Positions 11,036 to 22,600 of a stretch of DNA of 64,000 nt are shown in pieces. This DNA is from Octopus sinensis. Its lineage: Eukaryota. Both the position numbers and the translations under genes were made by a program. Numbering within the stretch: the stretch's first letter is position 1; each line of letters starts with the position of its first letter. The DNA is taken from the NCBI RefSeq assembly GCF_006345805.1, contig NC_042997.1, forward strand, positions 102,548,001 to 102,612,000. Reading direction: 5' to 3'. The notes under the pieces are model-generated. The model searched no databases. It was not told where the DNA came from and saw only the letters and a list, made by a program, of their open reading frames with translations.

Positions 11036-14000
11036 ATATATATATATATATATATATAAACACAATCAATATTGTATAATTTTAGTTCACCAATTAATTC
11101 ATTACAACTGACATACTTGTTGCTGTCCTTTACTTTTCAATTTTGACAGCAGGGGTTGGGGGTGTTCCTAACATTTCCTGTACAAGCACTAACACTTTTT
11201 GAATGGTGAAATATTTCTTTAATTTCCTGTTTGTTGTTGTTTAGTCATAAATCAGTCCTGATTGTCGACACCTATGATCAAAAGCATTAGTGATGTGACA
11301 ACTGTTATCAGACGTGACTCTCTTTTTTAAGAGAGTAGGGGATGATTTGATGGAAGTTTTTTTTTTCCATTAGGCCAAGTGACAGTAGAGGCTCTGTCAT
11401 TGGTTTATCTAATGCTCTGAAGTTCAACTTTTCTTTTTATTCCAACGCACCTGAAACTATCTCTGGTTCTGTGATATAAATTTTAAAGTGATCTAAGTCG
11501 AAGCCTGTCAAAATTTCATGTTAATATTCTAAATACCACTTTAATAATGACAAGCTTACTTTATAAAATTCTTAATTAATTTCAAAATTAATTAAAACAA
11601 AGGCAGTGTATTTCAATGGAGATATAAAAGAAAAAAGGTTAAATAGGTGTTAGATGCAATCTTTTTTTTTCTTTCTTTCAGTTTGTTTTCACATACTTAG
11701 TAGACAGGAACATTTTTTTTTTTGCAAGTAAATTTCATCAGTTACTGTCAGTAAAGAAACAAAAGAGTTTCTTATCTAAAGAGATTTCTTGGCAATCATT
11801 AGGTTAAAGTAGCACAATAATAAAAGTGTTTGTTTGGCAATTTCTCTTTTACTCTTTTTCTTGTTTCAGTTATTTGACTGCGGCCATGCTGGAGCACCGC
11901 CTTTAGTCGAGCAAATCGACCCCAGAACTTATTCTTCGTAAGCCTAGTACTTATTCTATCGGTCTCATTTGCTGAACCGCTAAGTTACAGGGACGTAAAC
12001 ACCCCAGCATCGGTTGTCAAACGATGTTGGGGGGACAAACACAGACGCATAAACACACACACACACATATATACATATACATTATATACGACGGGCTTCT
12101 TTCAGTTTCCGTCTACCAAATCCACTCACAAAGCTTTGGTCGGCCTGAGGCTATAGTAGAAGACACTTTCCCAAGGTACCATGTAGTAGGACTGAACCCG
12201 GAACCATGTGGTTGGTAAATAAGCTACTTACCACACAGCCACTCCTATGCCTCCTTCTGTACAAAATTTTTGTTTCTTTAATTTCTTTCCAGCTGAATTG
12301 CTTATATTTATGTATCTTTTGTGTATGTATCATGCGTTTGTGCATATGTATGTATATTTGTGTATACACATACATACACATACATATTTACACAAAATAT
12401 ACATAAACATAGTATATACATACACACAAACATAATATATACATAAAACATAAACCTGTGTACAGAAATTACCGAACAAACTCCTTCATTATTGGGCTAC
12501 TTTAACCAAAAGATTGCCAATTTCTTAGCCATCTGACATTCGATTGTTACTGTTCTTGAGTGGTTGACTTAATCTGTCACCTAATATAACATCGTCTGGT
12601 AACCTCGGGTCTTTAGTAGAGTCCCCATTGTTAAAAGCATTTAAGCCAGTTCTCTGGGCTGAGGATTACTCTCTCCATATACTATTAGTCACAAAGACCC
12701 CCATATGCTATCTGTCATAAAGATCATGGATACTGCTTTTCCTTCTCCGGGGAAGCAATTAAAAAACAAAAAAAAATTCTTTTTGATATCTTTTTTTCAT
12801 CCTTTACTTGTTTCAGTCATTAGATTGCGGTCATGCTGGGAGATTGCTTTGAAGAATTTTTAGTTAATTCATTCAGCTAAAAATTCTTCAAGGCACTACT
12901 TATTCTGTCAGTATCTTTTGCTGAATCATTAAGTTACAAGGATGTAAACTCACCAACAACAGTTGGTAAGTGGTGGGGCAGGGGGAAACACACACACACA
13001 CACACACAAGACTCATCAAACCAGGTGAAATTGTAGTTGTGGCTGATGCCAGTGTCACATAAAAACCAGCCATAGGAAACATGCCAAATCAGACTGGGAC
13101 CTGGTGCAGCTCTCTGGCTTACCTGTTCCAGCCAAATCGTCTAACCCATGCTAGCATGGAATGCGGATGTTAAATGATGATAATGATGATATGACGAGCT
13201 TCTTTCAGTTTCCATCTCCCAAATCTGCTAAAAAGACTTTAGCCAGCCCAAAGTAATAGTATAAGACAGTTGCCCAAGATGTCACACAGTAGGACTGAAC
13301 TCAAAACCATGTGGTTGTGAAGCAAGCTTTTATCATACTGTCATGCCTGCACCTATATATATATAAAATCGTTTTATTTGTTCTTCAGGGTTATTTTTAT
13401 GCTGATTATGCTTTTGGATGTTTTAGCAAAATAGTCACCGTTCTGAGTTCAATTGCTGGAACTTACATTGGAATCAATAAAATAAAGATCAGAAATGTCA
13501 CTAATTAATGCCAATAGTATCATCAGTTAGGCACAGGTGTGGCTGTGTGATTAACAAGCTTGCTTCCTAACTATGTAATTTCAGGTTCAATACCAGTGCA
13601 TGACACCTTGGTTGAGTGTTTTCTATTTTAGCCTTGGGCCAACTAATGCCTTGTGAGTGGATTTCATAGATGGTAACTAGAAGAAATCCATTGTATATAA
13701 ATGTGTGTGTGTGTGTGTGTGTACTCTTGTCTTAACATCACAGGATCACCACTATACAAGTGATGTCATTTCTAGTCTTCTATGAAACACATGCCTGGTC
13801 ATGGAGAAATATTACATTGCTTGGAAACTGGTAAAGGTTGGTGTCAGGTAGGGCATCCAGCCACAGAAAATCTGCCTCAACAAATTTGTCTGAAAAATGG
13901 GAAAATAGATGTTAGATGATGATGATGATGATCCCCCCACTACCCCACAACTTAACATCCACTTTTCTCTGCTTGCATGGGTCAGATGAATTTGTTGGTG

Positions 14001-14377
14001 TAAATTTTTTGTGACTTGATGCTGTTTGCAAGCAAGGTAATATTTCCCTATTGTTGGACATGTTCTCATAGGCTACAGGAAATGAATGACATTGCTTGTG
14101 TGACCGTGACACTAATTGACAACTTTTATGCAATGTCAAGGTAAACAGATACAAACATTCATATATATGTGTGTGTGTGTAAAATTATGAACTAATGAGT
14201 ATATGTCAATTAGTGTATTGATGTGTTGAGTAAAGCACTGGCATGGTTTAGGCTACTTGGTGTCATCTGCAGTTGGGGTATATTTTTGTTGGATTTACTT
14301 CAGGAATTCTGCAGTGTGAGTTGAAATAATCGATTAAGGAAACAGAAGCTGGATTTGGTATTGGGCTTTGCTTTGTA

Positions 14378-14561
14378 CAACAATTGTTTCAACCCATCCT
14401 GTGAGTGTCCTTATGAGTGGGATTTTATGCATCATGTTGTGTTGTATCAGTTTTGCAGTTCCTGATATGACCCAGCAGACTGTTAAATTGATACAACACA
14501 ACATGATGCATAGAATCCCACTCATAAGGGATACTCGCAAGATGGGTTGAAATGATTGTTG
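14378..14561. mobile_element. Fold-back MITE with TA target-site duplication (Tc1/mariner-like)
   Basis: TA|CAACAATTGTTTCAACCCATC ... GATGGGTTGAAATGATTGTTG|TA; inverted arms of about 75-80 bp. Confidence 0.7.
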
Positions 14562-15250
14562 TACAAAATGAAGACCAATACTAAATCCATCTTTTGTTTA
14601 ATTGATTATTATATGCATATATATGTAAATGTATAATGAAGCTAAATCTGAAAATTACTAATAATCATATGGTTTGCAAATAAAACCGGTTTGGTTACAT
14701 ATTTTGACAAACATCCTTTTGGGAAGAATGCCTAATTTCCATCCTGTTAACAAACCATACACTGACAGTGTAAAACACTAACACTTCCAAGATTGAAACC
14801 ATATTGATTTATTGTGAGTAGGCATAAAGCCAGTTTTGTTTTCAAATGGGTGTGTGATTGTCTTTGAGTTAGCTGAAAAATATTGCTGGTATTTATCTTA
14901 TTGAACTCTGATCGAATGAAAATCAAACTCAGTTCTGGAATGATTTGAACTCAGATCAGTAAGATTTCTAATGAAAAGTAAAGGTGCTAGTCTTACTTTT
15001 GAGTTACTTGTTTATCTGTTTTTTGTATACTTATTGATATAAGATTTTAAGTGACAGAGAGCAGAGAAATGACTTATACATGTTTCTGAAGAACATTAGC
15101 TGGATCTATAAAATAAGTAGCAGTAATATAATGAAGCTGACTTTCTCATAACAAAAATAATTGGCCTTATAACCAGTCAACCAATAAAAAAAAACAAAAA
15201 ACCCTTATTATTATTATTGCAAGCTGGCAAAATCATTAGTGTGCCATAAG

Positions 15251-15860
15251 GTGGCGAGCTGGCAGAATCAGCATGCTGGGCGAAATGCTTAGCGGTATTT
15301 CGTCTGCTATTATTCTGCCGAGGTCGACTTTGCCTTTCATCCTTTCGGGGTCGATTAAACAAGTACCAGTCACGCACTGAAGTTGATGTAATCGACTTAA
15401 TCTGTTTGTCTGTCCTTGTTTGTCCCCTCTATGTTTAGCCCCTTGTGGGCAATAAAGAAATAAGAATCATTAGCATGCCAGGCAAAATGCTTAGTGGCAT
15501 TTTGTCAATCTTTACGTTCTGAGTTCAAATTCCACCAAAGCTGACTTTTCATCCTTTTGGAGTCGATAAAATAAGTACCAGTTAACCAGTGTGGTTGATA
15601 TAATTGACTCCCAAACTTGCTGGCCTTAAGCCAAAATTTGAAACCTTTATTATCATTATTATTAATAATGATAATAATGTGGCAAAATGCTTTGCAGTAT
15701 TTCATCTGTCTTAATGTTCTGAAGTTCACATTCCACTAAGGTTGACTTTGTCTTTCTTCCTTTTGGGATTGATAAAATAAGTATCAGTTGAACACTGGGG
15801 ATGATGTAATTGACTTACCTGCTCCCCTAAAATTACTGTCCTTGTGCCAAAATTTCAAAC
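15251..15860 (+). mobile_element. Three tandem copies of a second tRNA-derived SINE (octopus OK/Meta-domain-like); others at about 23010-23170, 37082-37270, 38455-38650, 40215-40430 (+) and 41985-42140, 51560-51700, 60700-60870 (-)
   Basis: ggcgagctggcagaatc head; gtcgactttgcctttcatcctttcggggtcgattaaacaagtaccag core. Family name is from recall. Confidence 0.8.
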
Positions 15861-16143
15861 TATTATTATCATTTAAAAAATTTCAATGTCTGATACAGGT
15901 TTGTCTTGTGTTAGTTTTGATGAATACCAAGTTGGCATTGCATTGTTTGTAGTTGAATCTGAAAACTCCTTAAACAGCAGTGTTTGTACAAGCACAAAAG
16001 AATAGATAATATTGTGGGTTAGTTTGTCAGTAAACTATATGCAGAATATCATAATTTTTCTTTTTATTATGGAAATGTATATAAAGCTTAATTATTATTT
16101 TGAATTTATCACTGTCATTGCCTGATTGCTTTTAAATTATCAG

Positions 16144-16391
16144 GTCTTTGTCAAAACAAATTGCCAATGTTAGCTGTCCTAATTCATACTTCGTTTACTA
16201 TGGAAAATATTGCTAATTGGCCTTTGTAAACAGAAGATAGTACATTACAAATTCATCAAATTATATCTGATTCAGTCAGTATCTGGCTGTTCAGAAAACC
16301 TTGATTATTAATGAAGGCACATGTTACAGTATTGAGACAGAGACTAGTGGCTGAACTCACAGACTGCATAACAAAATTGAGAGGAATGGTT
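16144..16391 (+). other. DNAJC10: Candidate non-coding 5'UTR exon of DNAJC10 (next exon starts at acceptor 16543/16544)
   Basis: Acceptor tttaaattatcag|16144 and consensus donor gtt|gtaagt at 16392; 152-nt intron ending ttgttaattccag|16544, upstream of the ATG at 16669. No transcript evidence. Confidence 0.5.
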
Positions 16392-16668
16392 GTAAGTTAT
16401 TCTGTAAACACATCTAACTCATTTCATCATGGAAAAATGGACATTACAATAATGATAATTTTTCTGAATATTTTCTTTATAATCTTTATTTCATGTGAAT
16501 GCCTTTATGTAAAATAATTATTTTTCCATTTTGTTAATTCCAGATCAACACGCAAGTCCCAGTGGGAAGTTACTGTCCATGTCTCAAACAAAGTCATTTT
16601 TACATCTGAAATAATATCTCTGTTACTTTGGATTCCTGACCTCCCTACACATTCTAAGAATTCTGGTA

Positions 16669-19600
16669 ATGTTCAATTGTATGGAAAACCCTTCGTGCTC
16701 TTTCAATATCTTGGTTGTCCTTTTCTGCTTTTCTTTGCTTTCCCCGGTGATTGCCAATGTAGATTATTATGAAATTTTGAAGGTTTCTCGATCAGCTAGT
16801 CAGAAAGAGATTCGGCAAGCATTCAAGAAATTGGCAGTCAGTGAACATCCTGATAAAAAGACTGTGAGTATTCTATAAACTGTTTCATTATCATTTAAAA
16901 TGCATATAAAGCTATTTTACATAATTTAAAAACACTAAAAGTAAAAAGACACAAACTGATTAACCTTTGAGGTCCCTCAGTGGTTCATAGGTACTCGTTT
17001 TTGCTTTAGTTTTGAAATGTTAGGTGGTTAAAAAGTAAATCCTCTCTTTGATATGATACTTATCTACCACAAGTAACATTCTCATGAAGCTGTGATAGGT
17101 TATACAAAAGTGAGACATGCCACCCCCTCAAAATAAGGGTAGAGGAACATTGCAAAGCTGTGACACTAGGAGATATTGATAAATCGGGTAGAGCTGATCA
17201 TGTATGGAAAAATGGAGACCACCTCCCCCTGTGGGATGAAGTTAAAATAATAGACAGAGAACACCACTGGAAAATATGAAAACTAAAGAAACAGCATATA
17301 TGCTGGAACACAACAACCTCCTAAGCAGACCGAGTGCAGATATGAATAGCATATGGGAACTGGTATTAAGGAAGGATAGGAAAATATTAGATTTATAAGC
17401 CCTAAAATTCATTCCATAATTGCCCACAGGCATATGGCGTAGTGGTTAAGAGTGCAGGCTACTAACCCCAAGATTCTGAGTTTGATTCCAGGCAGTGACC
17501 TGAATAATAATAATGATGATAAGAACAAGAAGAAGAAGAACAACAACAACAACATCGAAAAAAATACCTTAGGAATGAGAACCCAGGTTTGAAATTTTCC
17601 CCAAGATACCTGATGAAGGCTAGAGGGTATATCAGCTGAAACATTGTGTTAACAACAAACAAGATGAGGACAAATATCCGTCAAATGTAAATAATGTTCA
17701 TAATTCCTCATCTCTTAAGTATAGAACTGAGTGATTTGTAGTTTGAAGGACACCCAGAATATACAAAAAGTGGATGACAAAGGAATAATACTGAATTACT
17801 TTAGCTTTCATCAATGAATAATCAGCTCTTTATTTACTTTTGAGTTGTGATGGTCTTTTATTTCTCAGAGGCATTGGTGGAGATAGTGAAACAGTTCCCA
17901 TCAGAAACAAAATCAGGATTTCACTGCAGAATAGATGTATTACACTACATGGCTCCAGTACTGCAGTTATGTGAACAGAATGTTGCAAGATGGATTCTTC
18001 AAGCCAAGCTAACCAGCAAGAGACCTTGGAGTTGACCAAGAACGAAATGTTTGGATAATATCTATAGACTTAGTTGGTCATTCTTGGAAATCCATCTGGA
18101 AAGCATAATGATGGTTGCTTGTTATAGGACCCTTTGGAGGAGGTGCCTGGGGATTGTATCCCCATGACCCTCCCAGGAATAGTGGGAAGAAAGAATGGAT
18201 GGATGAATAAAAAGATATAAATAGTAAAAGTTATATGTTTCTTTTTAGGATGATCCTAATGCTCACGAAAAATTTTTGAAAATCACCAGAGCTTATGAAG
18301 TGTTGAAAGATGATAAGCTACGGAAAAAGTTTGATACATATGGTGAAGATGGTTTGAAGGAAGATTTCCATGGTGGGCACCACTATGAAAGCTGGTCCTT
18401 TTACCAAGATGAATTTGGTAGGTTTTTTGAAGTTTCACATGCTTAACTGAAATTATAACTCAAACACTATATTTTTGGCTTACCAAAACTTCTTTTCTCC
18501 TTCCAGGTATATATGATGATGATCCAGAAATTATAACATTAAGTCTTTCTGATTTTGGTAAGTATTTTCCTATGGAAACTATTTTCTTGGCTTTATGTAG
18601 TGAAGCTGATATTGCTTTCAAAAAGTCAATATTCTTGATTATGCATCTTGTAAAAGTTCTTTTACATTTTCCACATAAATTTTGACTACTACATTTATTA
18701 TTATGGATGGTGGATTGACAGCATTGTAAGAACATCAGACAAAATACCTCTTATTAATTGCTTTGGGACTTCACATTTTGAATTCAGATCCTAATGAGGC
18801 CAACTTTACCTTTTGTTCTTTTGGAGGGATCAATAAAGTATATTAACTGTTAAGTACTAGGGTAGTTGTAATTAACTATTTCATTCTCCCTTGTGCTTAT
18901 ATTATTGCTAGCATTATTATGTTGATAGACTAGGCCTCTGGATTTGTACCACGTTCACAGAATAACAATTTTAGTTGGATCTTATAGGGTACATAGAATT
19001 TTCTATGCTAGAATATGAAGGTGTTGTAAAGGAGAGATGTCGGCCTTCTGAACCAAATAGATATATCGATTTAATGTTTACTTCCTCTTAATAGTGCATG
19101 TTAAAAGGTCAATAGAGAGTTATTTATTTTTGACTCAATTTTAATTAACTTATATTCTCAAAATAGCAATCTTTGATAACTGAATATCAAACAATTATTA
19201 AGAATAAGCATCTATTCCATTCATTGAAACTACTTATGTTGTTTAAGTTTGGCTGTTTATCTATGTATTTATCTTGTTAGAACAGTTAATTTGAATTTCA
19301 GACAAGCACTACTTGGAATCAAACTGATTTAATTCTGACCAGAAAAGGTGAGGAGCAAATAGTTATGGACACAAAGTTTATCTAATGAATTCATATTAGA
19401 AATATTTTTGGGAAGGTGAGGAACAGCTAATGGCTTATAGAATCTGAAGCATTCATAAAACTAGCCAGTAAATATGTGAAGAAAAATGCATGCAGTGTAC
19501 TCATATAGTATAAATGACAGTGGGTTGTATAATGACAACACATAATCCATCTGCTAATTGTATAGATGACGTAGACCTATGTTCAACTGCATTCCAGCTG

Positions 19601-22600
19601 TGACCATCCTCTCCTCTTTTCAACCATAGTGTATCTAGAAGTGTACTTCTTTTTAAGATGACAGTGTAATTTGACAAAAGATTTGGCTGTTATTTCTTGA
19701 AAGGAAGGTAACATTGCAGAGACTGTTGTGTTTGTAATTAAGTTTAGTGGCAATAGGTGGTTGAGTTTCAGTTATTTGTTGTTCCTTGTTACTGAATTGT
19801 TAATCAGCATATTAATCATTTATGATTGTATATTTATTTTACTAATCACATCAAAGCTTCAATCTCAATCAATTTACTTAAGGAATATAAATTTAAAAAA
19901 CGTAAGTCAAACTCCAATTTTCTTTTTATATAGAAACAGTTGGAAGAGATGCTTTGAAAGTATACATTTTGATTTAAGATATTTTTCTACTACTTTGAAC
20001 TTGAGTTAACTTGCCACTATTGATGTATTTGTTGAATGGTTAGAAGCAAAAAAGAAGGAGAAGCCAGGTAAGACAGAGAGAGAGAAGCTTGATGATCTTG
20101 CCAACCAGCTGGCTTTGGAGAGAATTGCCTGATAACTTGCTCAGTTGTGTGTGAGATAGGGCATGGAGATCCATGATTGCTACTGCCTGTCAGCATGGCA
20201 CATAACAAAGAAGAACATACTGCAGATAAAAATGTGTTAGGTATGAGAACAGACACTATTGATATGCTAAGGTAGACTTGGGATAGATAAATTTGATCTA
20301 AACAAATTTTAAAGCTAAAGCAACAAATATTAAAGGACAAAGAAATCTATTTTGAGGTTCTGTCTAACCTGTTTGCAACTGTGTGTAAATGACAGACATT
20401 AAACTTTTAATTATGACTATGATACTTTGGTATTTCTCATTTTTCTTTGTTGAAATATATTTTGATAATGATTGTAGTATATCTCATGTAGTATACCTTA
20501 TGTTGCAACTAAAATATTTCCTTGCTGTAAAAGTATTAAACATCTGTTGCCAACTACTATTATTGGTAATGTTTATTATGTATTGATTGTCATTTGACAT
20601 CTATTTACATATGGTGACATGATTTATTTTAAAAACAAGAGTATAGTGAAAATTAAGTTTTTTTTTTATTTTTATTTATTTTATCACAATTCAAATTGTA
20701 TTTCATCAGAGAAATTTTTACTATTTTTAGTGATGTAGGCTTAAGCGTAATGAATACTGTTTAATTTTACAACAGAGTAGAAAAAATGTATTTTAATTCT
20801 TGTATTCAGTATTATACTCTTAGTAAGATAAATTGTTTATTACTATTTTAATTGTATCATTCCAAGATCTGTGGTGCTGGGTAAGTAAATAGGCTTGTTT
20901 CCATAGATGTGATTGAGAATTTTCTAAAATAACTTTTCAAGCCATAGCTGTTGAAATTAGATTCCTGCCATACTATGAACAAATTTAATGACAATGAGGG
21001 CTATTCTGGCTGTCTTCAGGGCAGCTATGAAAAATTATTGCAATATAGATTGATACATTTATTGTCTGTCTTATGAAGAACAGGAAAATCATTGTTGACA
21101 TTTTAGACAACATTTGATAATAACAACACATACAAATTGGTGCCACTTCTGTAAAAAAATGAAAATGACTGAAGCAGTTTTGATTTGTGGGATGTATTAT
21201 ATGTAAAGCAAAAACAATCCATGCATTTCTCTGAAAAGCTGATATGCTGGCATTTAATTGACTCAGGAACATAAGAATTAGATGTCATCAGACCGATAAA
21301 AAAAAAAGATTGTTTGCTTGTGCAAAATGAAACTTAATTTATTTGCCTCTGATGGCCAAGTGTATGCCTGCCATCATACAGGAGAACTTCACCCAGAGTA
21401 CATGGATCTAACAGTTTAGCATGGTTGTCATGGTCTTGGGTTGTGTGCCTGGAAAAGGAGTCAGTTCCAATATGAACAGTACTTTTTATCATGCTTTTGT
21501 TTTGATGTATTAGGTCTGTAATGTCGTAAGAAAATATTAGGAAGAAGAGATAGGGTGTGATGATTATGCTTAAATGGGATTGAGTTTAAAAGTCCCATAG
21601 ACAGTGGAAATAATTTTGGCAACTTTTGGAAAATTAGATGTAAAATGTATTTTTTACTATGGCATACATTTATTTTCCTGTATAGTGACGGTCTGGTTAA
21701 CTGGAATTACTGTACTATGTATTTATTGTCGGAAAATCTTGGTATGTTGTTTATGGTTGTTTCGCTCCAGGACATTTATGGTCAACAAAGCCCCTGGTTC
21801 CATCCTAAACCTTCCCTTCCTTTTAGGGTATCTAAAACCACATTATCTAATATATCCTTTATTTAAGTTGGATTGGGATTTCAGAGGAATATTTGGTTGT
21901 TATTTCTAGCTGATCAAATGATCATGATGAGGCTCCCTTAGCATCTTTATCTTGGTTTTAGAGATGAGGCCGTGATCAGAGAAATGTATTATTTTTTTAA
22001 TTCCACTTTTTCAATTTCTTAAGTCTGAATTTATTTTGAATTCTATTTCAGAACAATCTGTCGAGGGCACTGAAGATATTTGGTTCATCAATTATTACTC
22101 ACCTCATTGCTCTCACTGCCATCATTTGGCACCTGTGGTAAGGTTACTTCATTTACATTAGCTGATCAACAAAAATATAATGATGTGTATGTGTGTGTGT
22201 GTGTGTAGATGACTAAGTGCCAAGATATCTGGTGCACTGCTGTACTCAAGAGGACCTGTCTGCCACAGCTGAATTAATACCGGTGCTGGTGCCACATTAA
22301 AAGCACTTGTGCTGGTGCCATGTTAAAAGCACACAGTACACTCTATGGAGAGGTTGGTGTTAGGAAGGGCATTCAGCCATAGAAACCATGTCAAAAAAGA
22401 CAATGGAGCCTGGTGCAGCCCCTGGCTTTACCAGCTCCAGTCAAACTGTCCAGCCCATACCAGCATGGGAGATTGACATTAAATGATGATGATGATACTG
22501 GTTTTTAAATGTTACATCAGATAGCAATAATCTTTCAATCTTAAAATTTTAATTAATTCGAAAAACATCAAAATCATACTTGAACATCTTCACTTGTCTC

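Noticed and set aside
13389-13508. Good acceptor followed by GYFYADYAFGCFSKIVTVLSSIAGTYIGINK..*, a possible terminal exon of an upstream gene
   Set aside because: I found no recognisable homology and no linked in-phase upstream exons; it needs RNA-seq or tBLASTn.
14304-14315. 12-nt candidate micro-exon (ttacttcag|gaattctgcagt|gtgagt)
   Set aside because: Splice-like words of this quality occur by chance in 64 kb of AT-rich DNA; there is no supporting evidence.
17429-17502. Possible genuine tRNA gene
   Set aside because: The acceptor and anticodon stems are incomplete and it is embedded in a repeat, so it is treated as a tRNA-derived segment.
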